A DNA stretch of 64,000 nucleotides from Clostridium sp. CAG:452 (GCA_000434035.1 FR893522.1:83138-147137), one strand, 5' to 3'; counted from the stretch's first letter, positions 49,083 to 59,619 are shown. Notes: a model not told the origin generated them from the sequence alone. Made by a program: numbers and translations.

Positions 49083-49928
49083 ATGGCAGTTGTTTTAGAT
49101 GGAAAAGAAGTAGCTAGAAAAATAAGACAAAATTTAAAAGAAGAAGTAAGTAAATTAAAAGAAGAGGGAATATCACCAAAACTTGCAGTAATTATGGTTG
49201 GAGATGATTCTGCTTCAAAAATATATGTAAAAAATAAAAGTATAGCATGTAACGAAATTGGAATAGAATATGAAGAATATTTATTAAATGAAGAAACAAC
49301 AATGGACGAGCTCTTAAATTTAATAGATAAATTAAACAACGACAAAACTATAAATGGCATTCTACTTCAAAGTCCAATACCAAAAAATCTAGATATAAAT
49401 GAAGCTTTTAAAGCTATAGATCCAATAAAGGATGTTGATGGATTTAATCCAATGAATGTAGGAAAGCTATGTTTGGGACAGGATGCATTTATTTCATGTA
49501 CACCTTATGGAGTAATTAAAATATTAGAAGATTACAATATAGAAATAGAAGGCAAAAATGCAGTTATAATTGGAAGAAGCAATATTGTTGGAAAGCCAAT
49601 GCTACAATGTTTATTAAACAAAAATGCAACAGTAACAGTTTGCCACTCAAGAACAAAAAATTTAGCAGAAATTACAAAAATGGCAGATATATTAGTTGTT
49701 GCAATAGGAAAGAGTAAATTTGTAACAAAAGATATGGTAAAAGATGGGGCAGTAGTAGTTGATGTTGGAATTAACAGAGGAGAAGATGGCAAATTATGCG
49801 GAGATGTTGACTTTGAAGAAGTTTCAAAAGTAGCATCATACATTACACCTGTTCCAGGAGGAGTAGGACCAATGACAATTGCAATGCTTATGAACAACAT
49901 TGTAAAAGCTACAAAACTTCAAAATTAG
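49083..49928 (+). CDS. folD: bifunctional methylenetetrahydrofolate dehydrogenase/cyclohydrolase
   Basis: 281 aa with the FolD fold motifs (GRSNIVGKP, VGINR). Confidence 0.9.
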   Translation: MAVVLDGKEVARKIRQNLKEEVSKLKEEGISPKLAVIMVGDDSASKIYVKNKSIACNEIGIEYEEYLLNEETTMDELLNLIDKLNNDKTINGILLQSPIPKNLDINEAFKAIDPIKDVDGFNPMNVGKLCLGQDAFISCTPYGVIKILEDYNIEIEGKNAVIIGRSNIVGKPMLQCLLNKNATVTVCHSRTKNLAEITKMADILVVAIGKSKFVTKDMVKDGAVVVDVGINRGEDGKLCGDVDFEEVSKVASYITPVPGGVGPMTIAMLMNNIVKATKLQN

Positions 49929-49974
49929 TATAAGGGCTATTTATACAGAGGGGGATTCTTAAAAAGGAGAATCA

Positions 49975-50832
49975 ATGGAAGAAATTAAATATTGGATATG
50001 GTTTTCTAGAATAGAAAATTTAACTCCAAAATTGCAATTAGATTTATTACAAAAATTTAATACTCCACAAAAACTATGGAATAAAAAAGAAGAAGAACTC
50101 ATAGCTCAGGGAATAAGCGATAAAACTGTTAAAAAAATTTGTGACCCTAAATACAAAAAAGACTTAGACAAGTATTTAGAATATATGCAGAAAAACAAAA
50201 TAGAATTAATTAACATTTATAGCAAAGAATACCCAAGCAATTTAAAGCAAATTTATGATCCACCCGTTTTTTTATACATAAAAGGAAACAAAGAAATACT
50301 TAACAAAAAAAGCATCTCAATTGTGGGATGCAGAGATTGCACAGCTTATGGCAGAAATACAGCAATAAAATTTGCATATAATTTGTCTAACAACAATATT
50401 AATATAGTAAGTGGACTAGCAAAGGGAATTGATGCATATTCTCATATAGGATGCTTAAAAGGAAAAGCAAAAACCATAGCTGTAGTTGGATGTGGATTAG
50501 ATAGAGTTTATCCAGAAGAAAATAGATGGATTTATAATAAAATAATAGCAAGTGGCGGAGCTATAATATCAGAGCATATTATAGGAACAAAACCACTGGC
50601 ACAAAATTTTCCAAGAAGAAATCGTATAATAAGTGCACTTTCAGAGGCTTTAATAGTTATAGAAGCAAAAGAAAAAAGCGGAACACTTATTACAGTAGAT
50701 TTTGCACTAGAGCAAGGAAAAGATATTTATGTTGTACCAGGAAACATTGATAGCCCTAATTCTGTAGGAACAAATGACCTTATAAAACAAGGGGCAAAGC
50801 TTTTGACGAAAGTTGAAGATATTTTAGTTTAA
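49975..50832 (+). CDS. dprA: DNA-processing protein DprA (Smf)
   Basis: Rossmann-like core GCRDCTAYG...GLAKGID...VPGNIDSPNSVGTNDLIKQGA. Confidence 0.85.
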   Translation: MEEIKYWIWFSRIENLTPKLQLDLLQKFNTPQKLWNKKEEELIAQGISDKTVKKICDPKYKKDLDKYLEYMQKNKIELINIYSKEYPSNLKQIYDPPVFLYIKGNKEILNKKSISIVGCRDCTAYGRNTAIKFAYNLSNNNINIVSGLAKGIDAYSHIGCLKGKAKTIAVVGCGLDRVYPEENRWIYNKIIASGGAIISEHIIGTKPLAQNFPRRNRIISALSEALIVIEAKEKSGTLITVDFALEQGKDIYVVPGNIDSPNSVGTNDLIKQGAKLLTKVEDILV

Positions 50833-50893
50833 AAATTTGAAATTTTAGTACAAGTGTAATATAATAATATATATTTTATTAGGAGGTCACAAA

Positions 50894-53536
50894 ATGGCTG
50901 ATAAAAAAAGAAGAAGTAAAAAGACAAATAGAAAGGAAACCTTAAGCAAGGATTATAAAACAAAAAACAAAAAGCCACAAACAAATAAAAAGAAAACAAT
51001 AAAAAAAGTTCTTATAATATTACTTTTAATAATACTAATACTAGCAGGAATAGCATTTGGAATAATGTGTGGAATAATTAAAGAAGCAAAACTAACAGCA
51101 AAAGATTTTGCAATTAAAAATGAAAATTCTATTGTACTAGATAAAGATGGTAACAAAATTGCAGAATTAAGTGGAACTGAAAATAGAAAATATGTAAGTA
51201 TTTCAGAAATGGCACCATATTTACCAGAAGCATATATAGCAATAGAAGATGAACGTTTCCGTGATCATATGGGAATTGATGTAAAAAGAACTTTTGCTGC
51301 AACAGTAAAGTATGCATTTAGTAAAATTGGAATTGGCTCTTCAAGTTATGGTGGTAGTACAATAACACAACAATTAGTAAAAAACACAACACAAGAAAAA
51401 GATAGAACATGGCAAAGAAAAGTAAAAGAAATGGCAAGAGCTTATTACATAGAAAAAGAATTATCAAAAGACCAGATTCTAGAATTATATTTGAACTTAA
51501 TATTTATGGGAAATACATCTTATGGAGTTGAAGTAGGTTCAAACTATTATTTTTCTAAAAGTGCAAAAGATTTAGACTTAGCAGAATGTGCATTTTTGGC
51601 AGGAATAAATAACAGCCCAAACAGCTATGACCCATTTGTAGAAGATGAAGAACAAAAAGAAAAGAACCTAGCTAAAATAAAGAAAAGAACAAAAACAGTT
51701 ATAGAAAAAATGCATGAACTTGGAAAAATAAATTCAGAAGAAGAGTATAAGCAAGCACTTGAAAAAGTTGAAAATGGATTAACATTCCAAAAAGGTGCAT
51801 CACTAGCAAATGTATATTCATATCATACAGATGCAGCAATATTACAAATAGAAAAACAAATAATGGAAGAAAAAGACTTAACACGTGAAGCAGCAGAGCT
51901 ATATCTATATGGTGGAGGATTTACAATTTATACAACACAAGATAGCAAAATACAAGAAACAATGAATGAAGAGATGCAAAAAGCAAAATATTTAAAAGCA
52001 TCTAAAAAAGAAGCTGGTAAAACAGCACAAGCAGGTATGGTATTATTAGACCATAAGACAGGTTATGTATTAGGCGTAATTGGAGGACTAGGAGAAAAAA
52101 CGACATCAATGGGATTAAATAGAGGAACACAAGCAGTAAAACAAACAGGTTCTTCAATGAAACCATTATCAGTAGTAGCACCAGGAATAGATAGTGGAAA
52201 AATTACAGCAGCATCAGTATTTGATGATGTGCCATATAAAAATTACAAAAACTATAACTATTTTAAGGGATTACTTACAATAAGATATGCAATAGAAAGT
52301 TCTCAAAATATTCCAATGTTAAAAGCAATACAAGTAGTTGGAGTAGATAATTCACTAAAATTCTTAAAATCATTAGGATTTTCACACTTAGATGACGAAA
52401 AAGATAACAACATTGGTATAGCACTAGGAGGGTTAACCAATGGGGCAACTCCATTAGAGATGGCAGCTGCATATGGTGCAATAGCAAATGACGGTGTATA
52501 TATTGAGCCAACATTCTATACAAAAGTAGTAGATGGAAACGGAAACACAGTGTTTGAACCAAAACAAGAATCAAGAACAGTAATGTCAGCATCCGCTGCA
52601 TATGTAGTAAAAGAAGTATTAACACAACCTGTAAAAAGTGGTACATCAACAACTTTAGCTATGTCTGGAATGAGTGTAGCTGCAAAAACAGGTACAACAA
52701 ATAATGATTATGATAGATGGATGTGTGGATTTACACCATATTATTCTGCTGCAGTATGGTATGGATACGACAAGAGCGAAACAGTATCAGGATGGTCTTT
52801 AAGCCCAGCAGGGCAAATATGGTCAGGTGTTATGAAACCAGCACATGCTAATTTAGGGAAAAGAACATTTGCACAAACAAAACCATCTGGAGTAGTTACT
52901 GCAAAAGTATGTAGAGACTCAGGATTACTAGTTACAGAAAATTGTGCAAATGACCCAAGAGGAGATAGAGGATATACAGAGTTCTTTGTTCAAGGAACAG
53001 CACCTACAAAACAATGCGAATGCCACGTAAAAGTAGATATATGTAAGGACACTGGATTGCTTGCAAATGAATTTTGCCCAAATAAAGAAGCAAAAGTATT
53101 TATAACAAGACCAAACAGCGATACAGATACAGCTTGGAAAAGTGCAAAAGATGCAGAATATATGTTAACAATAAAAGACACTTGCACACTCCATAAGGAA
53201 GCTCCAGATACAGTAAAACCAGAAATAAAATTAAATGGTAATGCTACAATAACAATAAAATTAAACGAAAAATATGAAGATCCAGGAGCAACGGCAAGCG
53301 ATAATAAAGATGGAAATATAACAGATAAAATTAAGATGTCTGGAAAAGTAGACACAAGCAAACCTGGAACATATACAATAACATATACAGTAGAAGATTC
53401 ATCTGGAAATAAGACAACAGTAACTAGAACTGTTATAGTAAAAGGAAAAGATAGCACAGGAGGAAACACAACAGAAGGAAATACAACTGGTGGCGAAAAT
53501 AATAACACAGTTGAAAACAAAGTAAATAATGAATAA
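50894..53536 (+). CDS. class A penicillin-binding protein (PBP1A/1B type) with a C-terminal Ig-like (DUF5011-type) domain
   Basis: GT51 motifs (EDERFRDHMGID, GGSTITQQ). Transpeptidase SxxK (TGSSMKP), SxN and KTG(T) motifs. Thr/Asn/Gly-rich tail. Confidence 0.9.
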   Translation: MADKKRRSKKTNRKETLSKDYKTKNKKPQTNKKKTIKKVLIILLLIILILAGIAFGIMCGIIKEAKLTAKDFAIKNENSIVLDKDGNKIAELSGTENRKYVSISEMAPYLPEAYIAIEDERFRDHMGIDVKRTFAATVKYAFSKIGIGSSSYGGSTITQQLVKNTTQEKDRTWQRKVKEMARAYYIEKELSKDQILELYLNLIFMGNTSYGVEVGSNYYFSKSAKDLDLAECAFLAGINNSPNSYDPFVEDEEQKEKNLAKIKKRTKTVIEKMHELGKINSEEEYKQALEKVENGLTFQKGASLANVYSYHTDAAILQIEKQIMEEKDLTREAAELYLYGGGFTIYTTQDSKIQETMNEEMQKAKYLKASKKEAGKTAQAGMVLLDHKTGYVLGVIGGLGEKTTSMGLNRGTQAVKQTGSSMKPLSVVAPGIDSGKITAASVFDDVPYKNYKNYNYFKGLLTIRYAIESSQNIPMLKAIQVVGVDNSLKFLKSLGFSHLDDEKDNNIGIALGGLTNGATPLEMAAAYGAIANDGVYIEPTFYTKVVDGNGNTVFEPKQESRTVMSASAAYVVKEVLTQPVKSGTSTTLAMSGMSVAAKTGTTNNDYDRWMCGFTPYYSAAVWYGYDKSETVSGWSLSPAGQIWSGVMKPAHANLGKRTFAQTKPSGVVTAKVCRDSGLLVTENCANDPRGDRGYTEFFVQGTAPTKQCECHVKVDICKDTGLLANEFCPNKEAKVFITRPNSDTDTAWKSAKDAEYMLTIKDTCTLHKEAPDTVKPEIKLNGNATITIKLNEKYEDPGATASDNKDGNITDKIKMSGKVDTSKPGTYTITYTVEDSSGNKTTVTRTVIVKGKDSTGGNTTEGNTTGGENNNTVENKVNNE

Positions 53537-53544
53537 GAAACTAA

Positions 53545-53568
53545 TAGGCGCACATTGTGCGCCTATAC
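53545..53568 (+). terminator. rho-independent terminator
   Basis: TAGGCGCACATTGTGCGCCTA. Confidence 0.6.
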
Positions 53569-53592
53569 ATGTAAAAGAAAAGGAGAAATAAA

Positions 53593-54075
53593 ATGTCTAA
53601 AAGAAGTAATTATATAAGCTGGGATGAATATTTTATGGGAATAGCATTACTTTCAGGAGAAAGAAGCAAAGATCCAAATTCACAAGTAGGAGCATGTATA
53701 GTAAGCCCAGACAATAAAATTTTATCTATAGGATATAATGGTTTCCCAATTGGTTGTTCAGATGATGAAATACCATGGGACAGAGAAGGGGATTTTGTAG
53801 ACACAAAATATCCATACGTATGTCATTCTGAATTAAATGCAATACTAAATTATACAGGTTCAACACTAAAACAAAGTAGAATATATGTTACTTTATTTCC
53901 ATGTAATGAATGCGCAAAGGCAATTATACAATCTGGAATTAAAGAAGTAATATATATGAGTGACAAATATAAAGATACAGACTCAGTAAAGGTATCTAAA
54001 AAGATGTTAGATATGGCAGGAGTAAAATATACTCAATACAAATCAAAGGGCGTAAAATTAGAATTAGATTTATAA
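53593..54075 (+). CDS. deoxycytidylate (dCMP) deaminase, ComEB-like
   Basis: Zinc motifs HSELNA and PCNECAK. 160 aa. Confidence 0.85.
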   Translation: MSKRSNYISWDEYFMGIALLSGERSKDPNSQVGACIVSPDNKILSIGYNGFPIGCSDDEIPWDREGDFVDTKYPYVCHSELNAILNYTGSTLKQSRIYVTLFPCNECAKAIIQSGIKEVIYMSDKYKDTDSVKVSKKMLDMAGVKYTQYKSKGVKLELDL

Positions 54076-54086
54076 TAAAAACAAAA

Positions 54087-54120
54087 AATGAGGCGAAAAG
54101 GAATGTTCCTTTTTGCCTCA
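54087..54120 (+). terminator. rho-independent terminator
   Basis: AAAATGAGGCGAAAAGGAATGTTCCTTTTTGCCTCATT. Confidence 0.6.
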
Positions 54121-54149
54121 TTGCATTTTATTTGAATATACGGTATAAT
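54121..54149 (+). promoter_or_regulatory. sigma-A-type promoter (TTGCAT, 17 nt spacer, TATAAT)
   Basis: Canonical spacing. Drives the small ORF at 54183. Confidence 0.5.
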
Positions 54150-54182
54150 ATTATTATCTTACATAGAGGGGAGGTTTCCCAG

Positions 54183-54368
54183 GTGTTTGATTCTTTCGTG
54201 AGATTTTTTCACATAATGGAGAACATGTTTTCACGAGAGACTGCGATACTGATGGTCATCGCATTAATACTTGCAAGTATTTTAAGTGCAGTAAACGCAA
54301 TAGGCGTGCGCGATAGCACTATAAAGAAAACAGGTAAAGATACGTGGACTATCTTTAAATATCGTTAA
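54183..54368 (+). CDS. small hydrophobic protein (about 61 aa), GC-richer than its surroundings
   Basis: GTG start 8 nt after a GAGGGGAGG RBS. FDSFVRFFHIMENMFSRETAILMVIALILASILSAVNAIGVRD.... Codons such as CGC, GCG and CTG are atypical for this genome. Confidence 0.35.
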   Translation: MFDSFVRFFHIMENMFSRETAILMVIALILASILSAVNAIGVRDSTIKKTGKDTWTIFKYR

Positions 54369-54407
54369 AACAAAAGATAAAGAAAACAAAAAAGGAGTTT
54401 AAATATA

Positions 54408-54447
54408 GAAAGAGGTATTTGAATTATATAATTCAAATACCTCTTTC
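54408..54447. repeat. long perfect inverted repeat (16-bp arms)
   Basis: AAAGAGGTATTTGAAT-tatata-ATTCAAATACCTCTTT. Confidence 0.6.
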
Positions 54448-54544
54448 ACTATATAATTAAATTATTCCAATATATCTATTGTAAAAAGAGGTAAACTAGT
54501 ATAAAATATGTAAGTACAAATAGAGATGATATTTGGAGGTAAAC

Positions 54545-55610
54545 ATGAAACTTGTAGATGAAAGTAATTTAGAAAAATATAATGAATTTTTAAAAAAACA
54601 TGATAGATGTAATTTTCAACAATCAATAGAATGGGGAAAAGTAAAAGCACCTGCTTGGAAAAATGAAATTGTTCTAGCAGAAGATAAAGACGGAAATATA
54701 ATAGGTTCAATAAGTGTATTAATAAGAAAAATACCTATTTTCGGAAATTTAATGTATTCATCAAGAGGACCGGTTTGCGACATACACAATAAAGAAGTAC
54801 TAGAACAATTAACAAATGGACTAAAAGAACTTGCAAAAAAATACAATGCATTTGTTTTAAAAATTGAACCAGATATAAAAAGTGATGACCAAGAATTTAG
54901 AAAAATAGTTACAGAACTAAAATATAAAATAAAAGATGATGCTAAAAATTTTAGTGAAGAAATTCAGCCAAGATATGTATTTAGACTAGACATAAAAGGA
55001 AAAACAGAAGATGAAATATTTAAGGCATTTCATCAAAAAACTAGATACAATGTAAGACTAGCAACAAAAAAAGGCGTGGTTGTAAAAGAAGGAACAAGAG
55101 AAGATTTAAAAGACTTTCATGAAATAATGAAAGTAACAGGAAAAAGAGATGACTTTATTATAAGACCATTGGAATACTTTCAAAAAATGTATGATGAATT
55201 AGGAAAAGATCATGTAAAACTTTTAATGGCATATTACGAGGACAAGCCAATATCACGGAATATTTGATATAGACTATGGAAACAAAGTATGGTATTTATA
55301 TGGCGCAAGTAGCAACGAACATAGAAACTTAATGCCAAATTATTTATTACAATGGGAAGGAATAAAATATGCATTAAGCCAAGAAAAAGACATTTATGAT
55401 TTTAGAGGAGTTTCAGGAGTTTTAGACGAAACACATCCTCAATATGGTTTATACAGATTTAAAAAAGGATTCAATGCAGAATTTACAGAATTTATTGGCG
55501 AAATATACTTTGACTTTAAACCATTTGTATACAAAACTTATAAAGTATCAGAAAAAATATTTAAAAAGACAAGAGGTTTTATAAGAAGATTAAAAGGAGA
55601 AGTTAAATGA
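54545..55610 (+). pseudogene. FemAB-family peptidoglycan-bridge aminoacyltransferase (FemX/MurM-like), interrupted by a +1 frameshift at about 55256
   Basis: N-terminal part to ...MAYYEDKPIS. C-terminal part GIFDIDYGNKVWYLYGASSNEHRNLMPNYLLQWEGIKYALSQ...DFRGVSG in the next frame. Fixed by deleting the C of ATATCA[C]GGAATA. Start taken at MKLVDE after a GGAGG RBS. Confidence 0.7.
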
Positions 55611-56728
55611 AATCATTAATAATAAATAAAAATGATTTGAGACATAATATAAATGTAATAAAAAAACTAGCAAAAGTAGATATTCCAGACGACAATGGAA
55701 ACACATATAAAATAATTGGAGTAGTAAAAGGAAATGGCTATGGATTAGGACTTATAGAGTACTCTAACTTTTTAGTAGATAATGGAATAGAAACTTTAGC
55801 AATAGCAACAGTAGAAGAGGCAATAGAACTAAGAAAAGCAGGAATAAAAGAAGATATATTAATGCTTTCTTCAACAAGTATAGAATCAGAAATACAAGAA
55901 CTAATAGAGAATGACATAATACTAACAATAGGTTCAAAAGAGTGTGCAGATATTGTAAATAAGCTAAGCAAAAAAGCAGACAAAAAAATAAGAGCGCATA
56001 TAAAAATAGACACAGGCTTTGGAAGATATGGATTTATATACAGTGATATTAGAACAATAGTAGAAACCATAAATTCTTTAAAAAGTGTTTCAATAGAAGG
56101 AATGTATTCACATTTTTCTTTGGCATATTATAAAAATAATAAATGGACAATAAAACAATTTAATAGATTTATGGAAGTAGTAGAAGCATTAAAGCTAAAT
56201 GATATAAATATACAAACATTGCATATTTGTAACTCACCAGCATTTTTAAATTACCCAAACATGCACTTGAATGGAGCTAGAATTGGTTCTGCATTTTTGG
56301 GAAGAGTAGATGCAGATATAAATGTAGGACTTAAAAAAATAGGAAAATTAAAATGCAGTATAGAAGAAATAAAAATAGTTCCAAAAGGGTTTAATATTGG
56401 ATACTTAAATAGTTATAAAACTAAAAAAGAAACAAGAATTGCAATTGTGCAATTAGGTTATATAGAAGGATTTAATATAGGTACAAGGCAAGATATGTTT
56501 AGATTTGTAGATAAATTAAGAAATCTATCGCATAGCATAAAGAGCTTTTTCAAAAAGCAAAATCTAAAGGTTACAATAAATGATAAAAAGTACAATATAA
56601 TCGGAAAATTGGGAATGTATCATATGGCAATAGATATTACAAACAGTGATGTAAAAATAGGCGATTTTGCATATTTAGAAGTTAATCCACTATATATAGA
56701 TAGCAAAATAGAAAGGAAGTATGTATAA
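55607..56728 (+). CDS. alanine racemase-family PLP enzyme
   Basis: VVKGNGYGLG lysine motif region. 373 aa with a TIM-barrel plus beta-domain pattern. Translationally coupled to the FemAB gene. Confidence 0.7.
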   Translation: MKSLIINKNDLRHNINVIKKLAKVDIPDDNGNTYKIIGVVKGNGYGLGLIEYSNFLVDNGIETLAIATVEEAIELRKAGIKEDILMLSSTSIESEIQELIENDIILTIGSKECADIVNKLSKKADKKIRAHIKIDTGFGRYGFIYSDIRTIVETINSLKSVSIEGMYSHFSLAYYKNNKWTIKQFNRFMEVVEALKLNDINIQTLHICNSPAFLNYPNMHLNGARIGSAFLGRVDADINVGLKKIGKLKCSIEEIKIVPKGFNIGYLNSYKTKKETRIAIVQLGYIEGFNIGTRQDMFRFVDKLRNLSHSIKSFFKKQNLKVTINDKKYNIIGKLGMYHMAIDITNSDVKIGDFAYLEVNPLYIDSKIERKYV

Positions 56729-57722
56729 AATGGAACAAAAGAAGATACCATTTTTTAAAAAATTAAAAAATGCAATAGTAAATTTTGATGAATATCAAAA
56801 TTTTTCCCAAGAAAAATTAGGGACAGCAATAAAGTACTTTTTAAAACTAATGCTTATATTTTCAATATTAATTTCTGCATTTTTAACAGCAAGACTTTAT
56901 AAAGAAATAGAAACAGTAAAAACAAGTTTTACAGATGAATGTCCAGATTTTAGAATAGAAAATAATACATTAATAATAGATGGAGAAAACAAAAAATATG
57001 AAAAAGATTTTGGTTATGAAGCTTTGGGACTAATTATTGATTCAGAAAATACAGATTTAACAGAAGAACAAAATGGACAATATCAAAGAATAATTGCATT
57101 TTATAAAGATAAAATGGTTATGAAAACATTAGATACAAAAACTAGTATGACATATGAAGATATTAGCAAAAATCAAAATATAAATGGACTTTCAAAGCAG
57201 CAAATTTTAGATTATACCAATAGTAGTACAATGATACCTATATATATAACATTTTTTGTGATAACAATAGTATTTGGACTTATTGCATATTCAATACAAA
57301 TTCTTTTAGATATTTTCTTATTATCTATAATAGGACTTATAATGAGCAAGATAGCAGCTGTAAAACTAAAATATAAAGAAATATTTAATATGTCTATATA
57401 TGCACTAACCTTATCAATTGTTTTATATTTAATATATATTTGCGTAAATATAACTACTGGATTTACAATAAAATATTTTGATTTAGCATATGAGATTATT
57501 TCTTATATATACATTATAACAGCAATATTAATGATTAAATCAGATTTAATTAAACAACAAATAGAAATAGGCAAAATAGTAGAAGAGCAAAAAAAAGTAA
57601 GAGAAGAAAAGAAACAAGAAGATAACGAAGAAGAAAAACCAAAAGAGGACAAAGAAGAAAAGAAAGAAAAAAAGGATAAAGAAGAAAAAGAACCAGAGCA
57701 CCCAGAAGGAAGCCAAGCATAA
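56721..57722 (+). CDS. membrane protein (DUF1189-like) with an acidic Lys/Glu-rich C-terminal tail
   Basis: Multiple TM helices and a C-terminal EEKKQEDNEEEKPKEDKEEKK tail. Confidence 0.45.
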   Translation: MYKMEQKKIPFFKKLKNAIVNFDEYQNFSQEKLGTAIKYFLKLMLIFSILISAFLTARLYKEIETVKTSFTDECPDFRIENNTLIIDGENKKYEKDFGYEALGLIIDSENTDLTEEQNGQYQRIIAFYKDKMVMKTLDTKTSMTYEDISKNQNINGLSKQQILDYTNSSTMIPIYITFFVITIVFGLIAYSIQILLDIFLLSIIGLIMSKIAAVKLKYKEIFNMSIYALTLSIVLYLIYICVNITTGFTIKYFDLAYEIISYIYIITAILMIKSDLIKQQIEIGKIVEEQKKVREEKKQEDNEEEKPKEDKEEKKEKKDKEEKEPEHPEGSQA

Positions 57723-57749
57723 TAAAGAAGCAAAAGGAGAGTAGAGAGA

Positions 57750-59540
57750 ATGAAAGACAAACCAAAAAATAATGATAAACTACTATATCTAATTTTAGGA
57801 ATTATAACAGTAATTTGTGTAGTATTAATTACAATATTAACATTAAATAATGGAGCAGATACAAAAGAAAATTTAGAATTGGCATACACAGATTTAATTA
57901 AAAAAATAGACAACAAAGAAGTAGAAAAGGTAGAAATGACAGTTGGAAGTACTACCGTTAAAGTAAAATTAAAAAATGAAGAGAAAGAAAAAAAGACAAT
58001 AGTTCCAAGTACACAAGCATTTATAGAATTAATACAAGAACAAGTAAAAAACAATAATGAAATAGAATTAATTCAAAAACCAGAAAATGCTTTGCTAAAA
58101 ATTTCTCAAACATTAATTACATTTTTACCAACAATAATAGTATTAATATTATTTATATTGATATTTAAGATGCAAGGGCTTGGCGATAAAGGAAAAGTTT
58201 ATGATGCAGAAAGCAACAAAGATACAAACACAACATTTAAAGATGTTGCAGGTTTGGACGAAGAAAAGAACGAATTAATCGAAGTAGTAGACTTTTTAAA
58301 AGAACCAAAAAAATTCCAAGAGATGGGTGCAAAAATACCAAGAGGAATACTTTTATGTGGAAAGCCAGGTACAGGTAAAACATTAATAGCAAAAGCAATT
58401 GCAGGAGAGGCAGGAGTACCATTTATATCTATGAGTGGTTCAGAATTTATAGAAATGTTTGCTGGTCTTGGAGCATCAAGAGTAAGAAAATTATTTGAAA
58501 AAGCAAAAAAAATAGCTCCATGTATTATATTTATAGACGAGATAGATGCAATAGGAGCAAGAAGAACAAATGCAAGTGGAGCAGAGAGCGAAAACAATCA
58601 AACACTAAATCAATTACTAGTTGAAATGGACGGTTTTGATACTAACGAAACAGTAATAGTTCTTGCAGCAACAAACAGACCAGAGATGCTAGATAAAGCA
58701 TTATTAAGACCAGGAAGATTTGATCGTCAAATTACAATAGCAACACCAGATGCAAGAGGTAGAGAAGAAATATTAAAAATACACGGAAAAAATAAAAAAT
58801 TTGCAGATGATATAGACCTAAAGAATATAGCAGAAGACACAGCTGGATTTACAGGAGCAGAACTTGCTAATGTATTAAATGAAGCAGCAATTGTAGCAAC
58901 AATAAATAAACACAAAAAAATACAAATGAGTGATTTAGAAGAGGCTGTAAAGAAAGTTACAGTTGGATTAGAAAAACATAGTAGAGTTATATCAGACAAA
59001 GATAAAAGACTAACAGCATATCACGAAGCAGGACATGCAATAGTTAGCAAATTCTTAGAAACACAAACAGATGTAAAAGAAGTTTCTATAATCCCAAGAG
59101 GACTTGCTGGTGGGTACACAATGTATAAAACAAACGAAGACAAATACTATATATCAAAAACAGAAATGGAAGAAAAACTAATTGCACTTTTAGGTGGAAG
59201 AGCAGCAGAAAAAATAGCACTAAATGATATTTCAACAGGAGCAAGCAATGATATAGAAGTGGCAACAGAAATTGCAAAAGATATGGTTACAGTATATGGA
59301 ATGAGTGATACAGTAGGACCAATATGCTTAAAACAAAAAGAACCATACGAAAATAGAATTTTAGGAGAAAATATAGATGATGTAATAGGTGCAGAAGTAA
59401 AAAGAATGATAGATATAGCATACAAAAGAGCACAAGAAATAATACTTGCACATATGGATAAATTACAACAAGTAGCAGAAAGACTATTAGAAAAAGAAAT
59501 TATCTCAGCAGAAGAATTTGAATCATTTTTCCAAGAATAG
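57750..59540 (+). CDS. ftsH: ATP-dependent zinc metalloprotease FtsH
   Basis: Walker A GKPGTGKT, SRH, and HEAGHAI zinc motif. N-terminal TM anchor. Confidence 0.9.
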   Translation: MKDKPKNNDKLLYLILGIITVICVVLITILTLNNGADTKENLELAYTDLIKKIDNKEVEKVEMTVGSTTVKVKLKNEEKEKKTIVPSTQAFIELIQEQVKNNNEIELIQKPENALLKISQTLITFLPTIIVLILFILIFKMQGLGDKGKVYDAESNKDTNTTFKDVAGLDEEKNELIEVVDFLKEPKKFQEMGAKIPRGILLCGKPGTGKTLIAKAIAGEAGVPFISMSGSEFIEMFAGLGASRVRKLFEKAKKIAPCIIFIDEIDAIGARRTNASGAESENNQTLNQLLVEMDGFDTNETVIVLAATNRPEMLDKALLRPGRFDRQITIATPDARGREEILKIHGKNKKFADDIDLKNIAEDTAGFTGAELANVLNEAAIVATINKHKKIQMSDLEEAVKKVTVGLEKHSRVISDKDKRLTAYHEAGHAIVSKFLETQTDVKEVSIIPRGLAGGYTMYKTNEDKYYISKTEMEEKLIALLGGRAAEKIALNDISTGASNDIEVATEIAKDMVTVYGMSDTVGPICLKQKEPYENRILGENIDDVIGAEVKRMIDIAYKRAQEIILAHMDKLQQVAERLLEKEIISAEEFESFFQE

Positions 59541-59548
59541 AATAACAA

Positions 59549-59585
59549 GAAAGACCGAGGAGTAAAATGCCCTCGGTTCTTTTTT
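59549..59585 (+). terminator. rho-independent terminator
   Basis: AAGACCGAGGAGTAAAATGCCCTCGGTTCTTTTTT. Confidence 0.6.
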
Positions 59586-59586
59586 A

Positions 59587-59619
59587 ATATACTAGGAAAT
59601 TTCTCATTTCCTAGTATAT
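59587..59619. repeat. 35-bp inverted-repeat hairpin element, copy 2 (ATATACTAGGAAATTTCTCATTTCCTAGTATAT)
   Basis: Reverse-complement copy of the element at 31675-31709, again next to a terminator. Confidence 0.65.
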
